Source: Octopus bimaculoides (lineage: Eukaryota). Taken from it: a DNA stretch of 64,000 nt. How positions within the stretch are numbered: the first letter of the stretch is position 1; every line of letters starts with the position of its first letter. This document shows, one piece after another, positions 24,784 through 36,362 of the stretch. The notes under the pieces are model-generated. The model ran no database searches, was not told where the DNA came from, and was given only the letters and a program-made list of their open reading frames with translations. The position numbers and the translations under genes are program-made. Location of the stretch: NCBI RefSeq assembly GCF_001194135.2, contig NC_068990.1:33324149-33388148 (forward strand). The letters run 5' to 3'.

Positions 24784-25035
24784 TGGAGGTGTGAGTCTTT
24801 GTGGTTAGGGTGTTGGACTCTCAATCATAAGATTGTGATTTCAATTCATAGACCAGGCACTGCCTTGTGTTCTTGAGCAAGATACTTCATTTCACGTTGC
24901 TCCAGTCCACTCAGCTAGCAAAAATGAGTAATCTTGTGATGAACTGGTGTCCCATCAAGTTCGGAAATTTATATGCCATGGAAACCAGGAATTGGCCCTT
25001 ATGATTTGGCATAGCTCAAGAAGGTAACTTTAACT
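24784..25035 (+). mobile_element. tRNA-derived SINE family D inserted in the Penelope-like remnant
   Basis: GTGGTTAGGGTGTTGGACTC...TTTCAATTC...TGTGTTCTTGAGCAAGATACTTCATTTCACGTTGCTCCAGTCCACTCAGCT. Confidence 0.85.
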
Positions 25036-25239
25036 TTTTTTACAGAGCGATAGGCATATCTAGGGTTCATTTTAGTGTCCATGGCCACCTTGTTAGTTTG
25101 TTGATAGAACTCATCAGAGAAAAGTATATATAAGAGAATGTAAAAATGAGTTCAGTTAAGCAGTGAAAATGTTGGTTCTAGGTTCAAGGAGGAGGAAAGA
25201 TCAAAGAAATGTTTAAGGGCTAAGAGGACTTTTAGGCAT

Positions 25240-25400
25240 TAAACATTAAGGGCAATGACAATAGATAGAGATCCACAGTAAATGAGAGTTGTGAGGCTCC
25301 AGAAAAGAAAGTAAAGTAGTAAAGAAGGTTAAAGATATGATTAGTGTCCTTGATGTATGAAGACAGGGTAGTAATAAAGGATAATGTGACACTCTGCTCT
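25240..25400 (-). mobile_element. Penelope-like RT remnant (N-terminal RT region)
   Basis: Minus strand reads SSYIKDTNHIFNLL...FSGASQLSFTVDL, matching the Penelope 'PSYIKDT.HFL...L.TMDV' block. It is collinear with 24440-24780. Confidence 0.7.
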
Positions 25401-26147
25401 GTTTATAGAATACAAACAAAATGCAAAGTAGATGCAAATGCTGTAAAGACACAACCTGAATGTATTCAGGTCAATAGTGTGAATCACTTTAGGTGAAAGG
25501 TAATGCACATATTGACAACGTGATTGAACTACTGGAATATATCCAAATTTAAGACTTCCCTGCAGCACACTTGTACAAGCACTTTTCTCTCCTGCACTAT
25601 CTCTCTCTTTCTCTTTCAGAAAAAAAACACACTACAAAAGCAACTTCAACCATCCAGTTTTTCAAGAAGTCAGTATTGCAACTTTATATATTCCTTTCAA
25701 TAATTCTCACAATTCTACTTCACATTCTTTGATAGCCTCTTCCACATAATTCAAACTTTAAAGAATTATTTGGTTTTCTAGTAAACTTCACTCCAGTACC
25801 CACCACTATGCTCTCCCAATCTGGCTCTGCATTTCACTTTTGATAAAGTACAAATCCATATTGTCATCAACCTCTCCTAGTTTAACTGTTTCAAATATAA
25901 ACTACATCAAGTAGTATTGAGGAAAAATTCTGGCTCATTGAGAAAATTGTTCAAAGTAACAATTTATTATAAATACTGGACAGATTTCATTTTTGTATTT
26001 CCTTGATTAAAATGAATTTGACAATGTTATATTTCACTCTCATTTGATTCAACAACAATTACAATATAATGGAGAGTTTTATCTTTTATTTATATTACAG
26101 CATTAATAATAACAATAACAATAATAATAATAATAATAATAATGATA

Positions 26148-26179
<32 letters not shown>

Positions 26180-26269
26180 GATGATGAACTCTTCTATTGA
26201 AGACAATGTATGAGTCTTCAGCTTTTTTCAAGCGGTTTGTACAAATGATAGAAATGATTTGTTTTTATA

Positions 26270-26437
26270 GTGATCAAATGTTCATGTTCACTCTCTCCAT
26301 CAAATCAACGTTGTCTGAAGAGGCCATATGTCCGGTATCTACATAATCACAGAGCAAAATGAGATGAATTGTCTTGCTTAAGAGCACAAGGCACCATCAG
26401 GTCTAGGAATTGAAATCATGATCACTGCATCGTGAGT
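26270..26437 (-). mobile_element. SINE family D fragment
   Basis: Similar to 9785-10010 (CACTCTCTCCATCAAATC..GTTGTCTGAAGAG...ATCACAGAGCAA-ATGAGATGAA-TGTCTTGCT). Confidence 0.7.
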
Positions 26438-26439
26438 GC

Positions 26440-26478
<39 letters not shown>

Positions 26479-26508
26479 AACAACAACAACAGCAACAACA
26501 ACAATAAT

Positions 26509-27027
26509 AAGTATGGACTTGACAGCTCAAAAAATTGGTATGACCACAAACCTGAAGGCATTGTTGAAAATAAAAATGCAAAGATCCTATGGGATTTTAT
26601 GATCCAGTGTGACCATGAGATTGAGAATAGGAAGTCGGACATAGTCTTAATTGAGAAAGAAAACAAACTATGCTTGATCATAGACATAGCATGCCCAGCT
26701 AACAACAAGGTATGTGATAAGGAAGAAAGAAAAGGCGAGAGATATGACAGGTTAGCGTGGGTAGTTAAGCAGTTGTGGTTGATGAAAAAAGGTAGCAGTA
26801 GTACCAGTAATTGTTGGAGCCCTGGGAACAGTGAGCAAAAATCTCGAGAAGTATGTGGAACAAATAGGGGTTGCTTTAAGGGTGGAGCACTTGCAAAAAA
26901 CAGTACTGCTTGGAATCACTTGAATACTCCAGAAGGTGATCAAAAAATAAGAGGTGTTACCTTAGTTCACTGGTAGTGAACAGCTGACACTGTAGTACAT
27001 TTCCAGTGTTAGAAGCTGCGCAAAGGC
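26509..27027 (+). mobile_element. 5'-truncated R4/Dong-like RLE non-LTR retrotransposon in a (TAA)n tract
   Basis: KYGLD..KNWYDHKPEGIVENKNAKILWDFMIQCDHEIENRKSDIVLIEKENKLCLIIDIACP...KEERK.ERYDRL; after a frameshift, VVPVIVGALG...LQKTVLLG; then a 3' UTR. (AAT)n lies on both sides. Confidence 0.92.
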
Positions 27028-27072
27028 AATAATAATAATAACAATAATAATAATAATAATGATAATAATAAT

Positions 27073-27750
27073 GTAGTACCAGGCAGTGGCTCTCATGGCT
27101 TCTGATCTTAACAGAAGGGAAGTGTCATCATGTACATTGTTTTGTCTTGGTATAAAAAGATGGGCTACAGCAAATATTCTGTTCAACACCACAAATTTGT
27201 TTGTCAATTGTTTGACCTTAACCAGTTGAGCATGTCCCTTAGTGGCTGATCTGTGCATCTCTGATCACATGCAGAAGTAGTGGGGGAGCATCATAGCCAT
27301 GTGTTGAGAGGAATTCTTTGGGGTTTAAATAATTCACCTTTGGAAACATGGGTGTTTCATTCAACATCCTTAAACAACCTTTATTCAGGGACCTTATGCG
27401 TAGGATGAGCTACTCAACCTGAAGAAAAATTCTAACTGACCCCACCTGTAAGGTCATGCACTGTTTATCTTGATATGAGGTCACCATGTCATGCACATAT
27501 GGTTGTGATGCATGTTCCTGGTGTACCCGTATCAGATGGGTAGTATAGTGACCTGAAGAAAATTCTAACTGGGCCCCATCTGCAAGATTATGTGCTGTTT
27601 ATCTTGATATGAGTTCACCATATCATGCACACTTGATTGTGATGCATATGTCTAGCGTACGCTTATCAGACTGGTAGTCATGATGGGTATACTGAGCTTT
27701 GTATATTTGTACCCCCGCATCACTTTCATGGAGTATGCTGCTCTCTCATT
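27073..27750. mobile_element. Unclassified ~680-bp interspersed element bounded by (AAT)n, with an internal ~134-bp tandem duplication
   Basis: Flanked by AATAATAAT on both ends. Units start CCTGAAGAAAA-TTCTAACTG at 27418 and 27552. Confidence 0.6.
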
Positions 27751-27789
27751 CAATAATAATGATATTAATGATAAGAATAATTATTTCTA

Positions 27790-27895
27790 CCATGAGCACA
27801 AGGCCTGAAATTTCGGGGAGGGGGCTAGTTGGTTACATTGACCTCAGTGTTCCACTGGTATTTATTTCATTGACCCTGAAAGGATGAAAAGCAAT
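27790..27895 (-). mobile_element. SINE family A, 3' part
   Basis: Reverse complement of CATCCTTTCAGGGTCAATGAAATAAATACCAG...CCCCTCCCCGAAATTTCAGGCCTTGTG. Confidence 0.75.
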
Positions 27896-28119
27896 GTTGT
27901 CTTTAATGCAAGATATTATTAAATATGTGAGATAGATGTAACATTGAATATGTTGTAACCTGATATGAGGCAGGAAATATAACATCTCTGAAAGCATTTG
28001 AATGCAACATCACATAGCAGGATAGAACTAAATACTGGGTGGAATTAAGTTCAGTCATAACATGTTTGATACTCTACAATGATTTTCAAAAGTGTTTCTA
28101 ACACAGGAACAAAAGCCTG

Positions 28120-28280
28120 GAAGAAGAAGAAGAAGAAGAAGAAGAAGAAGAAGAAGAAGAAGAAGAAGAAGAAGAAGAAGAAGAAGAAGAAGAAGAAGAA
28201 GAAGAAGAAGAAGAAGAAGAAGAAGAAGAAGAAGAAGAAGAAGAAGAAGAAGGAGGAGGAGGAGGAGGAGGAGGAGAAGG
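28120..28280 (+). repeat. (GAA)44(GGA)8 polypurine tract
   Basis: Counted directly from the sequence. Confidence 0.97.
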
Positions 28281-28494
28281 ACTGCTTCTAAGACCTTGTA
28301 AGACTTCTGTTATGACTGGGATACAGCAAACTTTACAACAATTCCACACCCTTAATTTTTTTATTTTTTGTCTACCACTAGTGTATCAAATGAATAAACA
28401 ATATTGATTAATACACTCTTTCCCTTTCAGTGAATATGACAATATCGGGGCATAGATATTCTACTTAGCTATGTGTGTTAATTTTCATATCTCA

Positions 28495-28740
28495 TTAATA
28501 CCTTTCAAAGATGTGCTGTACCATTTTTTGACATTCCAAAACATTCTTTACAGAAATGCTAACATAAAATTGTAAACACTTTGGAAGTGTCTTTAGTTCT
28601 TGTAAACACTCTGATTTCAATATTCTACATTTAGAGATTACATTACCAACTGTCTTCTCTTTCACCAGACACTCTACATTCAGCAAAGATGTCTTATATA
28701 TGAATCCTTTTCTGATTGCTTGATCCTGCAAAGTTGTAAT
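28495..28740 (-). mobile_element. R4/Dong-like LINE remnant (pre-zinc-knuckle/CCHC region)
   Basis: QDQAIR...ECLVKEKTVGNVISKCRIL resembles 'AQDQALRT...CR.C.EK.ETV.HIIS.C..LA' of RLE non-LTR elements. Confidence 0.6.
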
Positions 28741-29039
28741 AAAACCCTCTGTCTCCTTTTTCTAAATGTCCTTCTTTAATCACTAAAATGACTTCTGATC
28801 TTGACCCCCCTCAGTACTTGAAAAAAAAAAAAACACTTCCCCCCACCTCCCCGAAAACTTTTCTGTTCCTATCTTTGCTTCCTAGCTTCAAGAATTTCAT
28901 TTCTTTTTCTTCCTCAGTTGATAGCTACTATCTCCTTATTTCTATCAAAAGTGCATCATCACTCCCATTAACATACTTCCTTAAACTCTATTCCTCTATT
29001 TCCACACGATCTTCTAGACTTATCTAACCTCTTCCTTCA

Positions 29040-30070
29040 GTCTTTCTGTTGAAATACAATCTTGTCAACATCTACCTGCAGGTGTGAGGTACAGTAGATT
29101 TTCAGCAATTTCCTCATTTTGTTTTTCTTATCAACATTCTCAAGGTCTTCCTTTATCCATTTGTCTATTCTGACATTTAATCTCAGTTGTCGAAGCTTAT
29201 CCTTCAGTTATTCTGTTGCAACAGTCATTTCCTTATATTTTTTTTCTAGTGTTTTAATCACTCTTTCTTTTCATAGTACATCCTCTTTAGATAGATAGCT
29301 GTAGCTGACTCACTTCCCAACTCAAACTCTTGATGCTATCTTCTATCCATCCTTTCCAACAAGTATTTGTCTATTCTTGAGTTACCTGTTGTGTATGAGG
29401 GGATGCTGAAAAGTTCCTGGCTTTAAGGGTACTGTGAAAGGCTTGGCTGGGTGCCCAACATTCTGAGTTCTTTTACAGGGTTTAGAAAAACTGAAGGACC
29501 ACTGCAGTAATTGTGTGAATCTGAGAGAATATGTTGAATAAAATCATAATTAACTGATCCTCCTGTATTTTCTTTTATCCAAAGCTAGGAACTTTTCAGC
29601 ACTCCCTCATAACCAAATCCTTTTCTACTGTCGCTGCTATATCCTTATATAGGTTATTCGCTGCTATGAGAGGAGAAGCACCTGTCCTATAACATTGCCA
29701 ATTCATTTCATTTATTGCTTTACTGTCATTCTATTATATCCTCTAAGGTGGGAAGGCTTTTCATTGCTGTTTAATTCAAGTTGGTCTAATGTCTTGTCCA
29801 ACAATTCCATCTCCTTGTTCCTCTGCCACTTTCTAAATTTTATTTCTTCTTCACCCATTTAATCTAATCTTCAATGTGATACTTTAACAATTTCTTTGTC
29901 TCTGTATATCCTTAACTTACACTCACTTCTTCTGCACTGTTGTTCTCTCAATGGGGCTTCTCTTACTTGTTTAATTTTTTTTCTGCATTCCAGGTTTGAT
30001 AGACAGTCATCCTGCTTTAAAGAATGAGCCTGCCCGCCTGTTTCTGTTCTGTCACTGAAAACACACCCAA
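29040..30070 (-). mobile_element. Decayed R4/Dong-like LINE ORF, N-terminal region, interrupted by a mariner MITE
   Basis: Purine-rich decayed coding on the minus strand includes ...CWKGWIEDSIKSLSWEVSQL... and ...LEKKYKEMTVATE*LKDKL, similar to the 'PWWKRRIE..I..LR.DISRL...L..KY...EELKQ.L' block of such ORFs. Confidence 0.5.
29396..29609 (+). mobile_element. Mariner-derived MITE with 29-bp TIRs and TA TSD
   Basis: TIRs TGAGGGGATGCTGAAAAGTTCCTGGCTTT / AAAGCTAGGAACTTTTCAGCACTCCCTCA match at 26/29. TA lies at 29394-5 and 29610-1. The interior reads LLQGLEKLKDHCSNCVNLR..YVE*. Confidence 0.92.
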
Positions 30071-30196
30071 CTCATTCCAGATTGTTAACATTATTTGCCA
30101 ACACCCTCTCTATTTGTTTCACTTGCAAAATAGCATTTCATTGTGAAATTAACATATTTTCTTTTACATAAAATAAGGTTGTTGTTGTCATTATTA

Positions 30197-30366
30197 AGCA
30201 TCCATTACACTCTCAGAGTGGTTGACATTAGGAAGGGCATCCAGCTGTAGAAAACCATGCCAAATCAGACTGGAGTCTGGTGCTGCCTTCCAGCTTACCA
30301 GCCCTGGTCAAACCGTCCAACCCATGCCAGCATGGACAACGGACGTTAAATGAGGATGATGATGAT
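30197..30366 (+). mobile_element. SINE family C, 3' part
   Basis: ACATTAGGAAGGGCATCCAGCTGTAGAAAACC...CCGTCCAACCCATGCCAGCATGGACAACGGACGTTAAA(TGA)n. Confidence 0.85.
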
Positions 30367-30519
30367 TATTGAAGACATCACAGAGTAACCAATATTGTGA
30401 TGTTGTTGACTGAAGATATTGTATGCACCAGGGATTTGTGCTGTCTGTCAAATCACAACAAGGACTTCAGACAGACAGCACTTTACACATGTTGTTGTTG
30501 TTGTTATTATTATTATTGC

Positions 30520-30925
30520 ACCATCCACAGATGGCGCAAAGTCCCCTCTCAACGTAAGGTAATGTGGTGGTGGAACAATGTAGTTGACAGAGCCATTAGG
30601 GAAAAGAAACAGGCATAGAAGGACTGGAAGAATGGAGATAGCAGGGAACTGTATCAGATTGCCAGAAGGGAAGCTAGGAGACAGGTTTACTTAGCCAGAG
30701 GGGAAGCAGATAAGAAAAAACTTGCCAATGTTCTGCATCATGAGTACCAAAGACTTCAAATGTTTCGTGTTGCAAGGCAGTGTGTGAGAGAGAACCATGG
30801 TGTCATAGGAAAGAAATGTGTCCACATGGATGATGGCTCACTTGCATCTAATGAGCCTGCCAAGAGAGAGACTTGGAGATGCCACTATGAAAGGTTGCTC
30901 AATGAAGAGAATGAATGGGAGTTCC
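30520..30925 (+). mobile_element. RTE-type LINE ORF fragment (between endonuclease and RT)
   Basis: ...VMWWWNNVVDRAIREKKQA*KDWKNG..RELYQIARREARRQV...MFRVARQCVREN...ETWRCHYERLLNEENEWE, the characteristic RTE/RTEX WWW-N block. Confidence 0.85.
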
Positions 30926-33465
30926 TACAAACGACTGCCTCCATCAAGTAACTCAGCTGACACTCAACCACATTTGAGGGAGGAGAAATGGAGAAACTGT
31001 GATACCTATCCCCATTTTTATGAGTATTAGTGCCATACATAAAGTAAATTGACAGCTTAAATGTTATGGATTGAATTTATCTGAGAGTTACTCTCATTGA
31101 AGCGTTCAAACCATTATAAATTTCTTCATATGGATTTTGAGTGCTTCCACACCTTTATTCTTGAAAGGTTTCTCTATAGAATGTAATCTTGCATTATTAT
31201 AATGGACACTGTGGATTGGAATTCTTGGGATCTAAGAGAATTTTATTCAAGTCATTAGACTGCATCAATTACCATTCTTAGCATTGTCTAAACCATCTTT
31301 TCTTTCCAGCAATAACATTCCCAGCAGCTTGTTCCTATGTTTATTAATATCAACATGATGTCAAGGACTAGACCTTTGAATCTGTTAATGCTGTTTTCCT
31401 CCTGGCAGTAATATTTACACATTTCATCCCATGTTCATCTCTTAACTGTAGTTAGAGAGCCTTGCTGGTTTGAAAAATAGATTTATTTATCTCCCAAAAA
31501 ATATTGAGCGACAATTGAGAGGTGTTGACTTCCTCCATTACACTATTTTACTAATTCCTTTCACAAAACTGAAACATTAACATGGATCACAAAAAAGGAC
31601 TTTAGAACCAGTATTCCAACAGCATTTACAGTATTTGCTCAGCTAAGCCTTCTCAAGTTATTTATGATAAATCTGGAAATAACTCCATGTGTTTATCAAA
31701 AGAAGAAATGTAAATTGAAAGACGAAAATGTCAATTATCATTTTCCGAACTAGGATAATTATTAGCGAGAGCAATTTGTTTTTGAAGTTTCTGGGGCTTA
31801 ATAAATAGAGGTGAGAAAAATTTGTTGTGAAATTTAACTTGATGGCTTTGTGGTATAGTCCCTCAAAGTTAAAACCTTATCCTGTACATCCTATTTATGA
31901 TTCATAACTAAAAATAGGAATATTTAAAAAGTTTACCATCTTTATTTGGAAGTATTGTAGCCAGTAGCAATATTTGTTAAATCAATAAAGTCACCAACAC
32001 AATCTGAGCTGCACAAGCCTCTTTAACAACGTCAGTATAAGCTATCTTGGATACTGGACAAAATGGCTGATTTCACTCACACTCACACACATACACACAC
32101 TTTGTGGGTGTGTATTGCTGCTACTAGATACCAAAATATTCCAGATACTGCTAACATACTGTTTGTAAAAGACAGGCCTGGGAATTAAGTAGCTATATAT
32201 ATATGGCTGAGGGGAAATAAGAGTAAAGTTACTTGCCTGAGGAGACAATGTCTCTTTGGGCAAGTAAGATATGAACTTATGAATTGTGTATCATATTGGT
32301 CTGGCTACACACTATGCATACCATTTAGGCATAATGTCTCTCACCACAAACACACACACACACAATCTCTGTGTGTGTATGTGGATAATGACAGATATGT
32401 TAAAAATGTCATTTGCTTACACTCTCATTACTACCTTTTGGTTTTTAATCTGTGATTCCAGCGACACAACCTTCCAGTAGCTGTCAACTTCTATTTACTC
32501 CATTAGCATCAACTGACTCAACATTGGAACTGATCAATGTTATGAGAGCAGCAATGTGTATTGAGGCTACCATCCACACATGGTACATTACTAACTTTGA
32601 CACAGTCAACCCAACATACAGTTACAGCTTGTATAAATACCAGTAAAATTGTATGTTGTAACACACTATTTTACTGGTATTTTACACAAGACATAACTGC
32701 CTCAGTTTCCACAAGAGTCTCATTATAATAAATACTCCAAGTATACAGTTCTCTGTGTTATATTTTAAAAGTACTCCTAGTTCTAGTTTGTCACTTTGTA
32801 ACAAATGCACTAAATACATAGAACTCTTAGTCTAATGCCTTGTATTGAACTCTGAGTATCTAGTAATCAGAGTAACAGTACTGATAATTTGTTACATTAT
32901 TTCTGGACAATGGTGTGTGTAATGATCCAATTAAGACTGTGAGGGAAGATTATACATATATAACCAACGTATATCCAATATAAGTAATGAGCAATTCTAA
33001 GTGCTCATTACAACTTGATATGGTAGGCTTTAGCATGGATTTAACTAAGTGCTTGAATAGTAACTACCTGGATATTGCATCCCTATCTATCACTCTATAT
33101 ATATATACATATTATATATGTATGTATGTGTATGTGTATGTATGTATGTATGCATGTATGTGTGTATATATAGAGAGCGGGGAAAGGAGGAAGACTAGGT
33201 GAATATATCTGTGACTGTAAGGGGAGAGTGAGAGTGGGGAGTATGTGTATGGTGTATGTGTGTGTATGTTGCATGGTGTGTGTGTGTGTGTGTGTGTGTG
33301 TGCATGCATGAGTGTGTGTGTGTGCATGCATGAGTGTGTGTAGGACTGCATAAAAATATGGAGAAGAAACTGAAGGGAAAAAATTGCATGTGCACAGGAG
33401 AACGTGTCAGTTCAGCATGCAAGTTTTAAATTTTTTGTGACAGTTTCTAGATAGATTTGAATGTG

Positions 33466-33506
<41 letters not shown>

Positions 33507-33609
33507 ATGAGTGTGTCCATGTGTGTGTTTGTGTGGTTGTATGTGTATGTGTGCGTATTATGCACTAATGTGTATATCTGCATAATATGACTAGAATGTT
33601 TAACAGAAG

Positions 33610-33649
<40 letters not shown>

Positions 33650-33872
33650 ATATGTGTGTATGTGTGCATGCGTTGTCATGTAGAGGAACATGGATAAAAT
33701 AAAGTCCAAGACATTTACCATTTTCTCAATTCTTGGAATCATTGCATGACAAATTGATAAACATCAGAAATGTCCATTAAATAATTTCTAGATTAAGAGA
33801 ATATGGATGATTGACTAATGGGCTTTGTCTAGTCACCAGAATTGTGTGGTGTCCAAGGTAACAATCCAATCT

Positions 33873-34050
33873 ACCTAGCTGTAAGTAGGTACCACATTGT
33901 GGTTATATTTCACTGTACTTTGTCTATGAATAAAATACTTAACTGCCAACAGTCGAATGTACTCAGATATATGTAAGTACCAGAGTGTGGTGTATTATGT
34001 CTATAACCATGAAACGTAACAGACTAGTCAACCTAGCTGTAAGTAGGTAC
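33873..34050. repeat. Exact 20-bp direct repeat ACCTAGCTGTAAGTAGGTAC (33873-33892 and 34031-34050)
   Basis: Visible directly in the sequence. Confidence 0.9.
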
Positions 34051-34481
34051 TTAAATGTAGTGTAGTTTACTCTTTTTTCTAGCATGCTGGATGACCTGTG
34101 ACGGTATTGGTGTTAGTGGCAATGGTTGTGACGTTGGTGAGTGGTGGAAATTAGGATATTGTTGTCAGTGACATTCCATCCATAGTCATTACATTTATTA
34201 TTCAGTCATACTATATGTACAACTGCGTGGTTTTCCTGATTTTAAGAGAGTAGGTTGTTATGATATGAGGAAATTTTGAATTCTTATTATATCAAGCCAA
34301 GCGAGTAACTACATAGAGATTCTTATAAGTGGTGGTGGCAGTGTGCATGGTGATGGTAGTATAGAGGGGATAATTACAATGTTTTACAGCGGTAATTATA
34401 TTTCATTGTATTTATTCATTTAACATATTTTGAAATTTTATTAACTAACATTTATTTATTTTTATTTTTAAATATTTCTAG

Positions 34482-34529
34482 AAATGAGATATAAAGCTCC
34501 AACATGGGTTTATTGTCTGTCGAAAGAAG
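34482..34529 (+). CDS. Candidate internal exon of an unidentified gene (alternative end 34589)
   Basis: Branch-like AACTAAC at 34443, a long T-tract and TTTCTAG acceptor. Only one frame is open (EMRYKAPTWVYCLSKE). Donors GAAG|gtgtct or CCT|gtaatt are both frame-preserving but weak. No homology is recognised. Confidence 0.25.
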
Positions 34530-35963
34530 GTGTCTCCATATATGACAATACTACAAATTTCATTGGACAACACATTTTAAAGACATCCTGTAATTCTATT
34601 AAGAATTCCAAATATAATGTTTAATTCTTTACATAAAAATCAATTATTTAAATTAACATTTGTATATTTCTTATTTTTATTCTCCCCAAATTTTAATTCA
34701 AACCATATCAGACATACAAATGTCATTTCCTAAGCTTAGATTCTTTATTGAAATCTATATTTCAATAAATATTTTTCCCGTTTTATTTTCAATTGTTTTC
34801 CATTCCCCACTGAGAGTTAAAATATAATCTGCAACTATAACAATTTTGGGAATAAATCAACTCTTTAAAAACTGAAATATTTCCTTATTCTTCTGTTTTT
34901 GTTATTTTTTTTTTTTTTTTTTTTTTTTTTTTGTCTTTTGGCAAGTCTTGTTTCGATAACCTCTGTTTCTACTTCCCTAACATTGTTTACAGCTCAACTC
35001 ATAAAACTACGGCTTTTAAACATTTCATTTCAGAGGTTTTTTTTTTTTTTTAATCCCCCACTGGTGATTATGGGAGATTGTTAGTAATGGTTGATGAGTG
35101 GCTGTCCACTTGTGGTTCGTTATTCCTATCAAAGAATATATCTGCTGTCAATACATTGAAAATATGGCTAACTTAAAAACTATGGAACTGCCAACAATAC
35201 ATTCCTCACTTCTCTCTCTCCCCACCACACACACAGAGACACAGACATGGTTTCCCACCCCTAGACTACATCACTTCCACCATGAACAAGACAACGAACT
35301 TTAAATGGAAGTATGATTGACAGTTGATTGCAGGTGGAGAGAAGGAAGTGAAGGTATAGTTTATGTATTTCTATTTGTATTTGTATATTCATATTTATTT
35401 GTCCATTGCTGTAGCAATGTATTGGCCAGTTAAATGCTTAGATGAAGACAATGTTTTAATATAGAATGTGCAGTTGAATGAATGAATGTTCTCTGCTAAA
35501 CTTGAACAACTGAACTGTGAACTCAGAATGGTTCACTAGTTTGAGCAAGGTTGACTGGGTTAAGTTGAGTAAAATCTCTTCTCAAAGACTTCAATCAAAA
35601 GCTACCAGCAAGTTTTCACTTTCAGAGTTTTGTGGGAGACCAGACATTTTGTATTTCCATCTGCTTGCACTGAATAATAATTAGTAAAGCTACTCAACTG
35701 TAATAGCTAGAACAGAAAGGTATGTTTTACTTCAAGCTGCTGTATTACGACCTTAAAACATTTTGACTCTACTTCAGATACATACGCAACAAGAAACAAA
35801 TTCTATATTTTCTAACATCAACATGGTCATATTCTTGGCATAAACAGAGTGTCTATATATGAATGAATTAACTTTCAAAGTAACCAAGAATTTAAATGAT
35901 TATAATTAGTAAAACATTAACCTTTTATGTACTGGAATATGTCAAGATGTTATCTGGAACACA

Positions 35964-36362
35964 TCTTTTATCTTTTACTTGCTTCAATCATGAGACTACC
36001 ACCATGCTGGGGCACCATCTTGAAGAATTTGTAGCCAAATGTATCGACCTAAGTACTCATTTTTTTATGGGCCTGGTACTTATTCTATCAGTCACTTTTG
36101 CTGAACCACTAAGTTATGGGGATATAAACACACCAGTGCCGGTTGTCAAACACTGGTGGGAGGACAAACACAGACACAAAGACACACACACACACACACA
36201 ATGGGCTTCTTTCAGTTTCCCTCTACCAAATCCACTCACAAAGCTTTGGTCGGCCTGAGGCTATAGTAGAAGACACTTGCCCAAGGTGCCACGCAGTGAG
36301 ACTGAACCCAGAACCATGTGGTTGGTAAGCAAGCTACTTACAACACAGCCACTCCTGCACCT
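35964..36362 (-). mobile_element. tRNA-derived SINE, family B, near full length
   Basis: Minus-strand head GGAGTGGCTGTGTTGTAAGTAGCTTGCTTACCAACCACATGGTTCTGGGTTCAGTC, internal (GT)n, tail ATGGTGCCCCAGCATGG...GAAGCAAGTAAAAGA. Confidence 0.9.

Noticed and set aside
27418-27690. Direct repeats (also 33873/34031 and 39209) as a CRISPR-like array
   Set aside because: Each has only two units, with no repeat-spacer periodicity, and the context is eukaryotic with no cas genes.
28495-28725. Apparent Cys-rich minus-strand exon with good splice sites (DQAIRKGF...QHIFER)
   Set aside because: The sequence is better explained as a decayed R4/Dong-like LINE zinc-knuckle region (QDQA-R...C...K-TV-HVIS-C), collinear with the LINE remnant upstream.
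31090-31250. HSIEKPFK...LKIHM resembling a C2H2 zinc-finger linker and helix (minus strand)
   Set aside because: There is no C-x2-C pair and no repeat of the motif; likely coincidence.
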